A program made the position numbers and the translations under genes. A DNA stretch of 64,000 nt from Ruditapes philippinarum (lineage: Eukaryota), in NCBI RefSeq assembly GCF_026571515.1, contig NW_026866343.1, positions 1 to 64,000 of the forward strand. The letters run 5' to 3'. Positions 12,401-27,400 of this stretch are shown piece after piece. Positions within the stretch are counted from its first letter, which is position 1. Every line of letters begins with the position of its first letter. The notes below the pieces were generated by a model. The model was not told the DNA's origin, did not search any database, and worked only from the letters and a program-made list of their open reading frames with translations.

Positions 12401-15400
12401 ATGTACGGATTATTTCAACATGAAAGTGATATTTTTATCGCTAGATGTTTGTTAATAAAAAAAAATACGTATTAGAATATGACTATTTGCATTCCTTTTA
12501 GGTCCTGCTTAATTTATAATTATCCGAACTGTTAAATTTCTAACTGAAATATATCTCAGTTGTACATTAGCGGAGTGGGAAAAAGATCGAGCATCGTTTG
12601 TAAGTTTTTAATATTCTTGACTTTAGGGCGCTGTGCAAAAATAGCTGACTGCAATGACGGTCTAGAAAGATATTTCATTATCAAAATAAAAACGTCAAAT
12701 CACATCGCCTCCGCACGAAAAAGGCATGACAAAACCGAAACCGAAAACATAACGAAACGCAGATAGTGTACTTTCCACTGAGGTATCTATTATTCATATT
12801 GCTATTGTTATAACATGTATTTATAATAATGTTACATATTTCGGTTGTTCATCATTCGATTTCGCTTCCGTCGAACGCCAATCTTCTTTGCTTTCATTAT
12901 TTAAAGATCAAAAAGGTTTCTATCTTAATCATCTTTTAATTGAAAGTTATTGAAGAATAACTTACTGTATTTCCTAAAAGGAAACTTTGTGGTGATATAT
13001 ACTTTCAGTTTTAATTAATATGAGAGTGTAGGTCATCAAGGACCAACATATATGAAACGCAGTCGTTTATTATTCATACTACAGAAATATAAAACAACAA
13101 GTGTGAAATAACTCCGGAAGATAAAACGACGAGTGGAGGCAGAGAGAACGAATAAATTACTCATTCCAAATAATGAAAAACTGGAAAATAAAGTTAAAAT
13201 ACGAAGACATACAAAATAGAAGGAGGGAAAGAAATAATTCTACATAAACAGGAAGAAATTAATGATAAAAAACGCGATACACACGACACGAACTAGCATA
13301 CACACGCCATATAAAAAGAAAATTAAACAAAACATGTATTTAATTATTATGCCATTTCGTGTCCCTCAGAAGTCGAAGACGAAGACATGAATACACGATA
13401 ATATGCTTCGACCTTTGAGAGCACCGTCAGGAAGACACGATATTTTTCACGCGAAATAACGGTATGTTTAATAGTAAGTTGACTACACGATATCTTTTTC
13501 AGCAGAGTTATCGTGTTGGCGGGTAGAAATCTTTGTATCGGCGCCTTATACTCAAATTTCAAAGGGCGAAGACACATTAATTGGCCAATTATCATGTCTT
13601 CGACTTTCGAGCGAAGACTTTCTTCAATTTTCAAATTTTCAAAAACTAAAATATATAATATAACTACAATGTACGTTTGATGAAGCGTAAATATTAATTC
13701 ACTGCAATAGAATGTTCAATATAGTGCTAAACTTATGAAGAATGAAGCACGTCATTTCTTGACAACATTGTCGCCATTTGGTAACGCGCTTAAACGATGG
13801 GTGTTGCCTTTAACAGTATATATATAAATATACATAAGCCGCATTTCTACTCTAACATATCAAAATAATTGATCATTGATTACTTTCTCTTATCGTTTTA
13901 AGTAATTTTTATTAATTTATATTGTCATTACAGTATTGAAAATCATTGTCTTGAAAAACAAATACGTATCACATAAATATTTATTGTTTCGATATTTTAT
14001 TCAATAGCTGTGTTGACTGTACAGAAAGATCAGACCCACAATGTTACTGGTGTAATGATGCAGCAATGTGTATGTCACCAAATTCTTTGTGTAAAAGTCA
14101 ATTGATAGATTCAGTAAGTTTTTATACATTGTTTATAATGAAACATAATTTGCAATGTGCTAGAAGATATTGGCATATCATGTAATACTTGTATGAAATA
14201 ATGATATGATGGAATCCAATAAGGTATAATGGCTTGCTGAGCTACGATAAGCTTATGCTGTAATGATGTACAATGATATATTGCAATTTCTAACACGCTT
14301 CACACTATTTCCCTATCAAACAGACAGGGAAATTAAATGCATTATCACACGATTTATGATCAGGCTAAAAAAGAAATGCTTACAGGTCATATAACGGCAT
14401 AATTATATGACGCCAATATTTCAAATGACGTCTGTGAAATAACTTTTTCACGCAATGTAGTTCAGCATTTCTTTTCAATTCTTTGTTTTATTAGCTTGTT
14501 AGAATAGAAATAGATATTAAGAGATTAATACACGACATAGTAGGACCGGAAGGTGATATTCGACCCGCAAAATGAATAATGGCCCCAAGGGCTTCAGCCC
14601 GAGGGCATTATTCATTTAAGGGCTGATTATCACCTTCAATGACCTTTATTAATTTTTTCACGTCTTTTAATGTTTTTAATACACTTGATATATCGAACAG
14701 AAGCAGTTCTGTAGATTTCAACTATACTGTAGGGTAAATCCCGATAAATATAGACATACATGTATTTTGAATGACGTTCGTTAGGAATAAAAGTTAAGCT
14801 ATCTGTTATTCGTCGATGTAACCATTTGTAAAATATATTCCTCGGTCATTATCGTTTTGAACCGACCAAAACGTTGATGTATTAATATGTTTATGCTTCA
14901 TATAAAAACTGGTAAATACGGTCAGGTGGCCCGTAAAATAGGGCCATATTAATTAATGATAAGGAACATACAGATACTCTTGTCGTTTTTTTTTTTTTTA
15001 CAAAAATAGGAAACAGAAAAAGAACACATCTGCATATATTCACAAGATATATGATTTCATTGACAATAGAAAATTTCATAGGGCATTACAAAATATGTGC
15101 AATTAAACATCATTTCTCTAATATTAACATCTAGATCTAGTTTAAATTTTCCAACTAATTTGTTCGTTAAGTACAAGTATTACTATAGGGAAAGTAATTC
15201 ATTTGTCTTTTAAACTTGAATATCAAATACACAAATATCGGATCAATCACTGGCTGATTCTTTCATAAACTTCAAGAGCCTGGTTGTACAGTAATATTAA
15301 AACCTCTTTGTCAGTTTATTTCTATAGATTTATCAGTTCTTAATTCATTCAGTATTAATCTGTTTACAAAATTCAGTTATTTTCCCTTTTTTTCAGAACA

Positions 15401-18400
15401 CGGCCTCTTTTTCTTTTCTTTTCTGCTCCAAAACCTTTATGCTTGTAAGCAAGTTATGACTTGTCTGCTAAGAGCGACGCTTTGCTACAGAATGTTTTTC
15501 AATTTGTTGTGGCAGAAAAAGAGCGTCTTTGTTGCTGTTTACAGAAATTTCCTCTCCTCCAGGAATAATATCCATAACATCGGCATCACCGCTAGCAAGC
15601 AGACTCATTAACTGACCAGGTTTACTTATGTCTAAACTTGAAGCAGGTGGGTTATCAACTTGTTCCCAGAAGAAGACAGATCGTCTCAGTCGAATGAGAC
15701 GAGACATGAGTGAAATAGGCAGCGCGGTTACATCAAAGGGCTCATTGATTGGAGCTAGCAGATTCACTTTCTCTATGGAGATATTGCCTAGTCTTAAAGC
15801 AGGCTCTGCTGGTAGGACAATTGGTACGTAAAACTATTCCGAAACGATTACAGTCTTGAGCGAAGTTATAACTTATTTAAATGACATATTTTCCGATGCA
15901 TTTATAGGCTCGGGCTCGTACAGCGTTTTCAGAGGAGATATTTGCTGAAGCTAAATCAGGTCGAGTTACCGGCAGATCAGTAAGCTAACTTGGACAGAAA
16001 GCCCTTGCGGGCACTGTACGCCTATTTAGAGGTACAATACCACAGACTCTAAAAGCATTATGGACATTCGTTAATGATACAGCTTTCTCCAAAGCAAGTG
16101 AGAATGGAAATGTCCATTTATCAACTACATGAAGAACATTTTCCTAGCAAAAAAGAAAAACATGTATCATTATATACCTTTTCAACAGTCGAAAGAATGT
16201 GCGGTCTAAGGGTTGTAGAAAATTAGTACAATTGGTAGTAAACTCAGGAGGACAATATTCTCTTCAGTAGCCTGCTGTATTACAGCGAAACTCTCACGCA
16301 AGCCATGACTGGGTTATGTTTAATGTTAAGTCACGAACATTTTCCTAGCAAAAAAGAAAAACATGTATCATTATATACCTTTTTAACAGTCGAAAGAATG
16401 TGCGGTGTAAGGGTTGTAGAAAAATAGTACAATTGGCAGTAAACTCAGGAGGACAATATTCTCTTCAGTAGCCTGCTCTATTACAGCTAAACTCTCACGC
16501 AAGCCATGACTGGGTTATGTTTAATGTTAAGTCACGATTCATCACTTTGACTCAACTGTGTCAGAGTAGTTTTCCAGAACTTTATTAATAACATGCGTGC
16601 CATGACAATTCTTCGGGCTTTCTCAAAACTATCCCGTAAATCGGCTCTTCAAACCTTCGACTCATGTTTTTCCAGCTTTCAAATCATTATGACCGGACTT
16701 GATCTTACGTCGGTCGCACAATACATGTGTTCCTCTCAATATCTGTTTACGGCCAAGGCCAACTCTAAGTTAACCAGTTGCCATTATGCTACTTACACAT
16801 TTTCCTTCTACAGCAGCAGGTAACGCTGGTGGTCTGCCATGACTTGTATTCAAACCATGCACCAATCGTCGACCCCGGAACATTAAACAGTTTTGCCGCA
16901 TTTTGTACGAACATGCCGGCTTCAACAGCTCTGAGGGCGTTTTCAAGGGATGCTTGATCATATCTCATAGTTACCTCTATTATATAAGTATACTTTTTCG
17001 GCATACTGAAAAAGAATAAATGGTTAGAGATGTTGGTTATGCAATTAAATTTGTCAAAAGGCATAGGGAAAAATGGCGTACTTTTGACAGGCTAAGATAT
17101 AATGACAATGTAATATGTTTTATTGAAATGGGTTTGATTAATTCGTTTATTACACATTAAAAAGGAACTGACTAAGATGTGATAAAATTTACATCTACAT
17201 GAAGTAGCCATGTTGTTATAGACCATGTTTAGGATACTGTTTCAAATCTAAATAGCGTGTGCAGTTATTATAAAATATAAATACATTTATTTTTAAAGAA
17301 TAGTTAATTGTTTTTAATTAAAGTTAGTTCTATGCATCTGGAGAGAACGTCTTCATTTTTCTTTTACATTTGAATATCGTAACTGCTCGCCAATCAAGTG
17401 GTCCATATTTTAGTACTGAAGAAAAATGCGTAGGGAAAATACGGACGATTTATTTTTGTAAATAAATATTCATTTAATCTAGACATTGTACAAGTTCATT
17501 TTTCTAAAGAATATATGTCATTTAAGAAAAACCTATTAGTCTAAATAGTTAGATAATGCATTTAAATTAACTAAAGGTTTAGACCTCAATACCAAGGTGA
17601 CTGCTATATCTTCGATTTGAATGTTGAAAAAATAATATGGAATCAAAGATGATTCTTTCAGAGAAAGAATATGACGTCATACATACCTTATGATACCATC
17701 ACTAACATGAATATTAAAAGAAGCGACACATGAGGATATGTGTAGCGCTGACAATGATGATATGCAGGTTAATCGCGTTTGTATTAACCGGGATTTTCCC
17801 TACAGTATCTTATACAGATTTGCTTTTCTTATTTGTATCCAACAGAATTTAGAAACACGATTTTATTTTCTCGGAATGAAATTAAGCAAGTATTTTGTTT
17901 CTTTATATTTCATTAAAGCTGTGTTTGTAGAAATTTCGCCTATGTTCTTATTATAAAATCATGCTTTTTATTTTTACAGCTAGCTGATATTTTGACGTAA
18001 AATGTGTTCACCGGGCCGATTATGATTATCAGTATTCGGCCCCGGGCTGCAAAAACATAATCTGTCACGTGACACTCATAATCAGTTGAAATCAAATCAT
18101 AGGCAATTTTGTTTCTATTTATAGTAACAAGTGTATTAATTATTTTTCTTGCATTATACTTTCGGCGTTTGTGATGATATTCCTGCGCATTTGAACTCGA
18201 ACCGTATATTGCATATACTTGGACATTAGAACCTTTTGAAAATATCTGTAAAATACACTCAACTTAACCTTCATCAATATATGGCAGACATTTTTGATAA
18301 ATTATTATGAATAATTGAATTTTTCAAAATTGCTACAAATTTTCATTTTGATCTAAAAAAAGAAAAAGACTTAGATTCATAAAAACCTGACATTTAAATA

Positions 18401-21400
18401 ATTTAAGTACGACATTGATCTTTAAGTGGCCTTGACAGTCAGAGAAAATAATTATTTTCTTAAACTGCCATTACTTTGTTATTTATTTTTGTACATATGT
18501 AATTGATATATGAACATAACTATAACACTTTCAAACGGATTTATTATATATTATTATATGAAAGACCTTGCTTAAACATTTGTGAGTGATGGCTCCTGTG
18601 TTTGAAATTAAAGCTGTATGCAAGAATATAATTATGTTACCTTCAGTGATATCTTAGGTCATTGTGATTTCATAATAGCAGTTTGTTGTGCATTGCAATT
18701 ATTATGTTGTATCATCTTCCAGAAAAGGTTTTGTCCACAATTGATAGATTCACGCGGGCGCATTTTTGTTCATACTGGCACGTTGACCCCTGTGCTCTTT
18801 CAAGGAAAACATCTGCCAAAGGTAGGATTATTGTTTTAAAAATGAAAACATTAAGTACCATGTATAATGTAGGTTATTATCTATTTAATGATATTGTATA
18901 ACATTAAAGACAACTAAGAACAATGATATAACATGTTTGAATAGTTTTATAAAGAATTAACAATTAAAAGTAAGGAAACAATTTCTTTTAATAATGGAAA
19001 TTAATGTATACTCTAGGCAGGGAGAATGCTTCCTAGTTTAGCCATATATTTTGACAAAAGCTGATCAACTATTATAAGAATCATCATACTTTGAAACAAA
19101 GTAAAAAAACAAACACAAAAAACATCAAAACATTGATTGCATGAATTCACTTGTGCTTATTCATCAGAACTTGGGTGATATGCTTGTAATTAGATTCGAT
19201 GAAATATGATTGCATGATTGTTTTATGATTATTCGAATTCTATGTTTATTTCTTTGAACAAAAGAAGTCCAGTGTAGCTTTAGCATTTTTTAAAACTCAT
19301 TAAACGCCCTTACTGAGTCGGTCCAATTCACAAAATATCAGTAAAGTAACTACCCTTATAATACAAATTAACACCACATTCTTCATCAACAGTAAGTTGT
19401 TATCGTCTGATAACATATTTCCATGAACATGTACTCATTTGTGTTACAAAATGTGTATGTGTTTTCACGGGCGTCCGTGGCAGAGCGGTTAAGGTCGTTG
19501 ACTTCAAACCACTTGCCTTTCATCGGTATAGATTCGAGCTGCGCCATCGCCTTGCAATTCTGTTGGAAAGCAATCTTGCTAGCCTTCAGGCTAATAAAGA
19601 TCAGCTAACGGGTATTATGATTTTCTCATTATTCGATAGTCCTAAAACCTAATAGGTTTCACAGCAACAAGTACAATCACACTATTAAAAGAATAAAACA
19701 TTAACATCTGTCACAGAGGTCAATGGCCTCCTACTGTTCAACTGTGTGTGTGTGTGTGTGTGTGTGTGAATGATCGCCTGATCTAGTGACTGCAACCTAA
19801 TTGTTTAGTTAGCAGAAAGACATTTCACATTTTGTAGCAAAATACGATCGATCTGTGCAATAATTCCGGCACTGTTCCTAGATATTAAAACTAATCATAA
19901 ATCTATTTACATTCAGGCTAGGTAGATAGAAACAGTCTGCATTTAACTACACTTATACTTCATTTCTGTCATTCATTTTCACACTGAATTGAAATGAATT
20001 TTCTTTTTAGCATTTTAATATATGCAGGCTTTAGTTATTAATGATAACTTTAATGTTATATTAGTCTGATTTCCTTAATGATATTGATCGTATTTTAGGT
20101 CTCCATCGCGAAGTTTTGCTTCTAAAAAATTAATAATCACAGGACAGGCACAATTCAAAATACACAGTCAGAATGTATCTAACAACAGTTGTTGAAAAAA
20201 AGCTCAGTCGTTAGCATAGAGCGGAATGGAGAAAAAAGAAATCCCTAAAGATCCCCCAAAACGGCAAAATGAAAAATGTTACAGACTCGGTTTGATTGGT
20301 CCGGTCGATAAATAGTACTAGAAAGTGCAAGGTACTGCCCAAGACCCCAGCACTGGCTTATGCAGAATACAACATTTTACTTGAAAATAATAAACTTTTG
20401 AATTTAGAAATATCTGTAGATGTGTCCGTATACGGTCCTAATCATAGAACCTACAATGGGGCAATCTAGTGCTTTCCATGAAATGTTGCGAATGGTCCCC
20501 AATGTGTTCCCTGAATGAGTAAACAACATCACAAAATACAAATTCAAAAAGCAGGCAGCATATCCTTAAGGTGATTATACATGCCTTTCTTATCTATACA
20601 GCGTATTCGTTTTTTATTTAAAGTTGGAAAATACTAGCAAGTTCTACTACACTTGTAAGATGTTTACAAAGGCCTTCAGAGCGTTTGCAGTCAACGACTC
20701 AGTCTTCTGCATTATAAATGTAAGCTTTCTCAATTTCATTAAAACGAACTTCCAAAGAATTCCACAAGTTATAGCTTAATCAACGATCCAATCTTCTGCA
20801 TTATAAATGAAAGCTTTCTCGATTTGATCACAACGAACTTCCAAAGAATTCCACAAGTTATAGCTTAATCGCGACATTTCTGAAATCATTTAACATCTGG
20901 TCAAAGTTTGATTGTCATATTAAGTTCACATTTTGCTTTAGTAACGTAGATAAACCTTTAAATAACTTAAATTATAGTTTTTCTATGTGACATTTTCATA
21001 TTTTCGTGATCATGTAAAGGCATTGTTGTAGGAAAGTTATATTTTACAAACAAATAACTGAGAATTTATTGTTTTGCAGGCACCTCATTTGTTGAATAAA
21101 CCGCTTCAAAATGAATCAACTGAAATTTACTATGGTTCATCTGGTAAAGCAACTTTCAAATTAGAGGATCAATACAAACATTATGGTATTTTCATGCTTT
21201 TGACTTCTATAAAATTGAAGTGAAATTATAAAAAGAGAATAAGATTTAAGTAACAAAAAGAATTTATTATATTGTGTAAACTGTTAGGTCGCGTTTCCTT
21301 GGGTTTGTAATGGTTTATGTACCTATCAAGCAGTAACAGCTGTGTGGAGTTTGATTGCGAAAGTTTCCATTTCTTATCTATTATCATGATGTATTAACGG

Positions 21401-24400
21401 GTAAGGATGGACTATCGGTTAACTGCATTGTATTAAAAGAAATATTCAATACCCCCGAAAAATGGTTGGCATATAATGTTTTGCCCTTGGTGTTTCGGCT
21501 GTTCGTCTTTTGAGCAATTAAAGAAAATTTAAAGTACTTGGTAGAAATAACAACCATGATTAAAAAGAAAAAAAAAACATGTACAATTTTGGCAGAAGAA
21601 AAACACAAGTAAACCATACAAGTCTCATACATATATGCAGCTCTCCAAATTTTAAATTATATAGGAGAAACTTAATCTCGTCTCCTTTGTGTACATGTGG
21701 CGCTACTGACACTGACTCTCACTTTCTGCTTATTTGTCCTTAATTGGTATCACTCCATACGTCAGCAAAGTACGAACATAAAATCAGATTCTGCACTTGT
21801 CCATGCTTCATTGAAGCATTAAAGCGTTTCGATTCATAATTTCCGACATAGCATTTTTCAACTTCTTATTCCGGTGGCAAACTGTGTGACACAACTGTTT
21901 TATTATCATTACATTCATTTTTATACAGTTAAACTTTTGCACATTTCACTTATTTCACCAGTGTTATTTAAGACGGCAAATAACCAGTATTATCATAACA
22001 AACAAAACGGTTACAAAACACCTCTAATTTTATGTCTATTAACCTTAATTGCCTTTATTACGATCAAGGTGTTAAAAACATGTGTCGCCTACTGTCACAT
22101 TCAGAACATGTCAGCCCGCAACTTTTGTTGTCTTTTTGTGTTCGACCGAGAAGGTGTGATTTTCACTATATTTCTGCCGAAGGGACCAGAGATCAGGTTA
22201 GAGAGATGTTCCAGAGAAATTTTGCCGATACTGCGCGATGAGTTCGAGCGAAGGGATGTATTCGAGCGATCCGAGTTCGAGCGCAGGAAGTTTAACTGTA
22301 TTTGGCAGAAAATTTACCTCGAAGAATTGATGCCCATAGTGATGGTTTGAACTTTCTCAGGACAAAGTCACAATTTCCTGTTTAAACCGTCGAAAGGAAC
22401 TTTAAACTAACGACGGAAGTATAATTAGTAATAAGACGTCATCCAGAACACATGTTTGGGACTGCTGCTATATTAAATTGCTTCGCCAAGCGGATCACTT
22501 AGTTTACATAGACTTATATAGTCAAACACATTTATTCTAATTCTATGCAATTATTTAAAATGAGCTAAGCTATTTGGCATGTCTTGAGGACTACTACCAA
22601 AATGGATAAAAACATTCTCCTCGGATCAATATTGTCCCACCCCACGGGCCACTTATCTTATAAAGACTTATATAGAAAATATATTTTAAATCTTAAATGT
22701 CCAGAGCCAAATTGACAACTAATCTTAGATAATTGGCATGTTTCACCACCTGGCATACCTTTCTATTAAGTGACAAAAATCGTTAGCCTGGTGTTAAAAT
22801 TAGCTCTGACTGGGAACTGAATCTTAAACTACAGCAATTTATGTAGAAAATTTCTCTTAAAAGTCTATCTAAGTTTTCCTTTATAAAATATCACGTTTAT
22901 TTTGGAAACGACTTTGCTTTCTGGTGCATATTGCCCTACATTCGCGGTGCTCTGGTTTGAACTTAGAAATAAGGGTTTTTCGAGTCGATTTGAAATATAA
23001 TATTACAATTTTCCTTAATTGCATTTTTATTCCAAAAGACAAAATCTTAAACATATAATTTGCCTTCATAATGACTTTTCTTTCCGTTGTAAATGTTCAT
23101 ATCCGATATTTCTGAGAAAACATGCATAAAAAAGATATTGTTTCGATTGGGAAGTTTACCAAAGTATATACATGTACATGTATTATAAAACGTGACTGTA
23201 TATGAAGTATATTTAGAAATCTTACAATTTTAGTGACGGTTTACAATTGTACAATGTTGGCCACAGATTGTACGCAATGTAAAGCACTTAACAAAACACG
23301 ATTTCTTTGTGACTGGTGCACCAACACCAACAGATGTGGCTATAAAGATCAAAATTGTTCATCGGTAAAATGTCCGGCTCCTTCTATAACAGACGTAAGT
23401 GTCTAGACATTTTAAAAAACAAATCGGTACGTTATCGTTTAGTATATTACTTGCTGTTATTACAGTGTTATTTTAGTTAGTTGGATATTTATTCGGGGGT
23501 GAAAGAACATCATCTGGATTTGTTATGAATGTTTTGTTGTTGTTTTTGAATTAATATTGAAAAATTAAATATTTATATATAATCTAAATTGTATATTTAG
23601 AAATGGACCAATTTTATTTTGCCGTCCGTATTTATCAAAAAGAGCATTATATAGTTTCATCTTGAAAAATCTACCATTTCAAATAATTCCAGAATGTGTA
23701 TCTAGTTTACAGATATTTAAGCCATGACCGACTTATTAGTTAAGATGTAGTATTTAGTTATGATTGATAGTTATTAACTATTTTACAAAATGCACTAATA
23801 TTATCAAAGGTCATTCCAATGGACGGTCCTGTAGATGGAGGAACAATAGTTACTATTTACGGATTAAATCTGGGCTCAAGCCTGTTGGATATCAACAGCG
23901 TCGAAATTGCAAACATTCCTTGCAAAATAAACTACGATATGTCGCAAACAAATGACACACCCAACGGAATTTTTGAATCAAAAATTCCAAATCGGTAAGA
24001 TAACTATTATATGACTCTCTTATTATATTGGACCAGGTCTGTGCATTTCTGATTACCCCACTTGTCCTCTTTAAGCTTAATCAGTTTTAAACTTGACAAA
24101 AATGATAAAAAATATACTTTACTCAAATTATTTCACTTAAGATAAGATTGATATAAAATGCTGTTGATATTTTACACTCTTTTTCAAGGATAATATGTTT
24201 GACTGGATCTTCCAAGAACGAGACATCAGGACCTGTCATACTGTCAGTAAATAGTCGAATGTCTAGCTCTACTGTCACATTCTACTATCGAGTATGTATA
24301 TATGTGATATTTTTCCATATTAATATAGCTTAAAATACCCTTGCTCTCATTTATCAAACTTTCCCTGTCAATATACTGTTATATCTCAAAGCCGTAACAT

Positions 24401-27400
24401 CTGGTTAACATCTCTTTAATTCAAAGGTCAGCTTGTTTAAAATGAAAGATAGAGATTCGCCTTTAAACTAACTGTTTATGACATTGATACCTTTTGAAAG
24501 ATTTTGTTGTGTAGTATGGTGTAGTGGATATCTCTGGATGTCTAAAATGAGTTGCCCCACTTGTATTATACTTTCTACTTTTACATTCACTCGGGGGAAC
24601 TGCTTGGGTCTATTGGGACCTCGTACTTGTTTATTTTAATTGATGAATAACATTATTATTACTTTAAATTGGAAATGACTGACTATAAACTGTATACGTT
24701 GTACACGAGTCAATACGCTACGCATTTCCCGCTTAATTTTGTACATGTTACTTTGACCAGTGATGTAGAATTTTATTATGAAAAATGTGGTCATTTAATG
24801 GACGGGGGGATATCTGATAAGTATAGCAAAAACATCTGCGAACGTGTTAAAAATCAGATCTGGACTAGTTTGAGTTTCAAGTTCGCTATAACTTTTGTTT
24901 ACATGATAGTTTTGTTTGAAGCATGTACCAGATAAAGCGGGGGGAAACTGGATTGTCTGTTTTCATATATATATTTCATTAGCAGTCATTTACATGTATA
25001 ACAATAAAGAAAATAGATAAAACATAACTTTTTCGAGTAAGGATTGTTATTAAAAGAATACCTTTGCAAACTGATATAACGTAATCAAGTTATTTTATAC
25101 ACTTTTTATGAAATGTCACTCCGTAGGTTCCAATTGTGACGGACATTTTACCACATTACGGACCGGAAGCAGGTGGGACCCACTTAACTATATTCGGCAA
25201 GAATCTAGGAATTGGAAATAGAAATGTAAATGTAAAACTTGGCAATTTCCCATGCTTAAGACCTGAAGTGAGGCCAGAAGTTCCATTAGAAAATATGTAA
25301 GTTAAATGTTTTAGAACATTAAAGCAGGAAATAATTTTTTTTCTCATGTATCAAACGATTTTAAGATACAGAAAAAGAAATGCAATTATTCGTCAATCCA
25401 TTTGGTAATTTTACAAATAGTCTACTTACTCATAGTGTAAGCCATACCTTTCCAGGTGCTATTCTTTCTGTCAAAAATATAGATTGCTGTCTTTGACATA
25501 CTACTCTGTCGTTTGAGACAAATCGCGATTTTGACATTCCCTTGTTTTCTAAGGTACGGCGAGCACTAAAGTTTCTTTGCACTCATTTATCGCACAAGCT
25601 ACAATATTCTTTTCGCTTGGCCACAAAATGTAAATTCATTAACCATACACCACGCCAGAAAACACCAATCATTTTATCGCGCACTAAAGGTTCAATGTAT
25701 TTAATAAACCTGCCATAAAAACATCAAGCAACACAAAAGGCACTAAAAGGTCTAGTGTATTTAATAAACCCCGCCTAAAGACATTAATCAAGTCATCGCA
25801 TCATGAAAGGGATACTGTATTTACAACGCACTATTATACATTTGTCAATACATCAAACTCTTTCTTCACACTGCAAAGTCAGCATTTACTGTTTATATAT
25901 GTCTTGTTATTTTTTTCAGGGCATCAATAAACTCTACAATTGTTTGCACGGTTGGTAAAAGGGGAAATAACACAGCGAGCAAGAAAACAGTTTATGTCGG
26001 AATGGATCGCCGCATTCTTATTATACCCGATTCATTTACATATGTCCACGATCCGACTCTACAGCCTTCAGTTCCCAAAAAAGCATTTCTAAGGTATGTT
26101 TAGCTTCTAAGTACACAAAACTTAATATTATAATGTTGGATATATGCAACTTAATTTGTCAATCGCAAAGAGATGGAAAGCGCTTATCTTCTGAAAAGTT
26201 AATCATTTGCAGCTCAGATTAGAGTGTTTTATTGTACAAATTCAAATTGATTTGTCTTTAACTGCTTTACTGAATATGCTGCAACTATAACAATCTTTTT
26301 ATTGCTTTTTAGAATGAATTAGTATCATTTAGTTTTAATATAAAACATCTTGTTTTTTATTGTTTAGATTTTCTTTGGTAATTTAACATTTTGATGACTA
26401 ACATTTTCGGTTATGACTGTAGTCCTAATCAAATTCAGATTGAAGATAATTAGTATAACTAGATTGCGTTAAATGTCACTGTTTGGTCTTTCTTAGTGGA
26501 GGAACTAAAATTACAATTGAAGGAACACATTTAGACAACGCCAATAGTGCAAGATTAACAATAAGTTTCATGCAAGACATTGAGGTAATTTTATTTACTA
26601 TTTTACACTAGACTTATTGAAATTAACTTTAATTAGTATTTTAATTCTTTGCCCAAGTTGGTTAATGCAAAAAGTAGCCTCTTGATGCTCATATCACACA
26701 GCCCGACGGAAAATGTAGCTGATGTTATATTTGTACTTATGTATACCTTGAATCATATTGTGGGTGTGTGGTTTACCGAGTCTGCAATTTTCATATCATT
26801 TTGTTGTGATTAATAGTTCCCTTTTCCTTAATCGCCCTTTTTCTAGATTTTTATAATTTACAACAGCAGGTGTCAAGTACCGTGTGGCAAGTGTAAAGAT
26901 TTGTCACTTTTTTGCTCCTTCGGAATCATTGATTCCATCACTGAAAAAGTTGAAAATCGAGTAATTGCTCAAGTCGTTCTGGGCATGAGGGATGTTGTAC
27001 TTTCTCATTATCCCTCATGAACAGACCCAATCAAACCGAGTCTGCAATATTCATGTTATTTTGTTGTGATAAATGCAAAAAGAATCACCCTTTTCACTAT
27101 AATCAAAGAAATTCAATACAAAATTTCATTTCTTTTTCAAATTTTAAACTTACTTAGGACTGCTGTTTATTTATTCGCCTCAACTGCTAATGATGAAACC
27201 AATCCTGTGAGGCGTTTAACATCATAATGGTACAGTTCTTTACGTGCAAAATCCACGACAAAATCGTCATTTTGAATAGGCTAACAGTTTTTTGAAATAT
27301 GTAAACAAAAAGGTTAAACTATTCAGAATTTATAGTCTGTTGTTTCAATAAATCATAATCATTCATGTTCCTTTTTGTTTATTTTTAAAATTTTTTTTTT

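Larger units (their letters stand above)
14525..18139. mobile_element. Non-autonomous Crypton-like element hosting the pogo insertion
   Basis: Begins TTAATACAC, then a long imperfect hairpin at 14549-14637 centred on GGGC-TTCA-GCCCGAGGG. TTAATACACTTG recurs at ~14676 and the element ends CAAGTGTATTAA. This resembles invertebrate Crypton-type repeats as I recall them. Confidence 0.55.
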
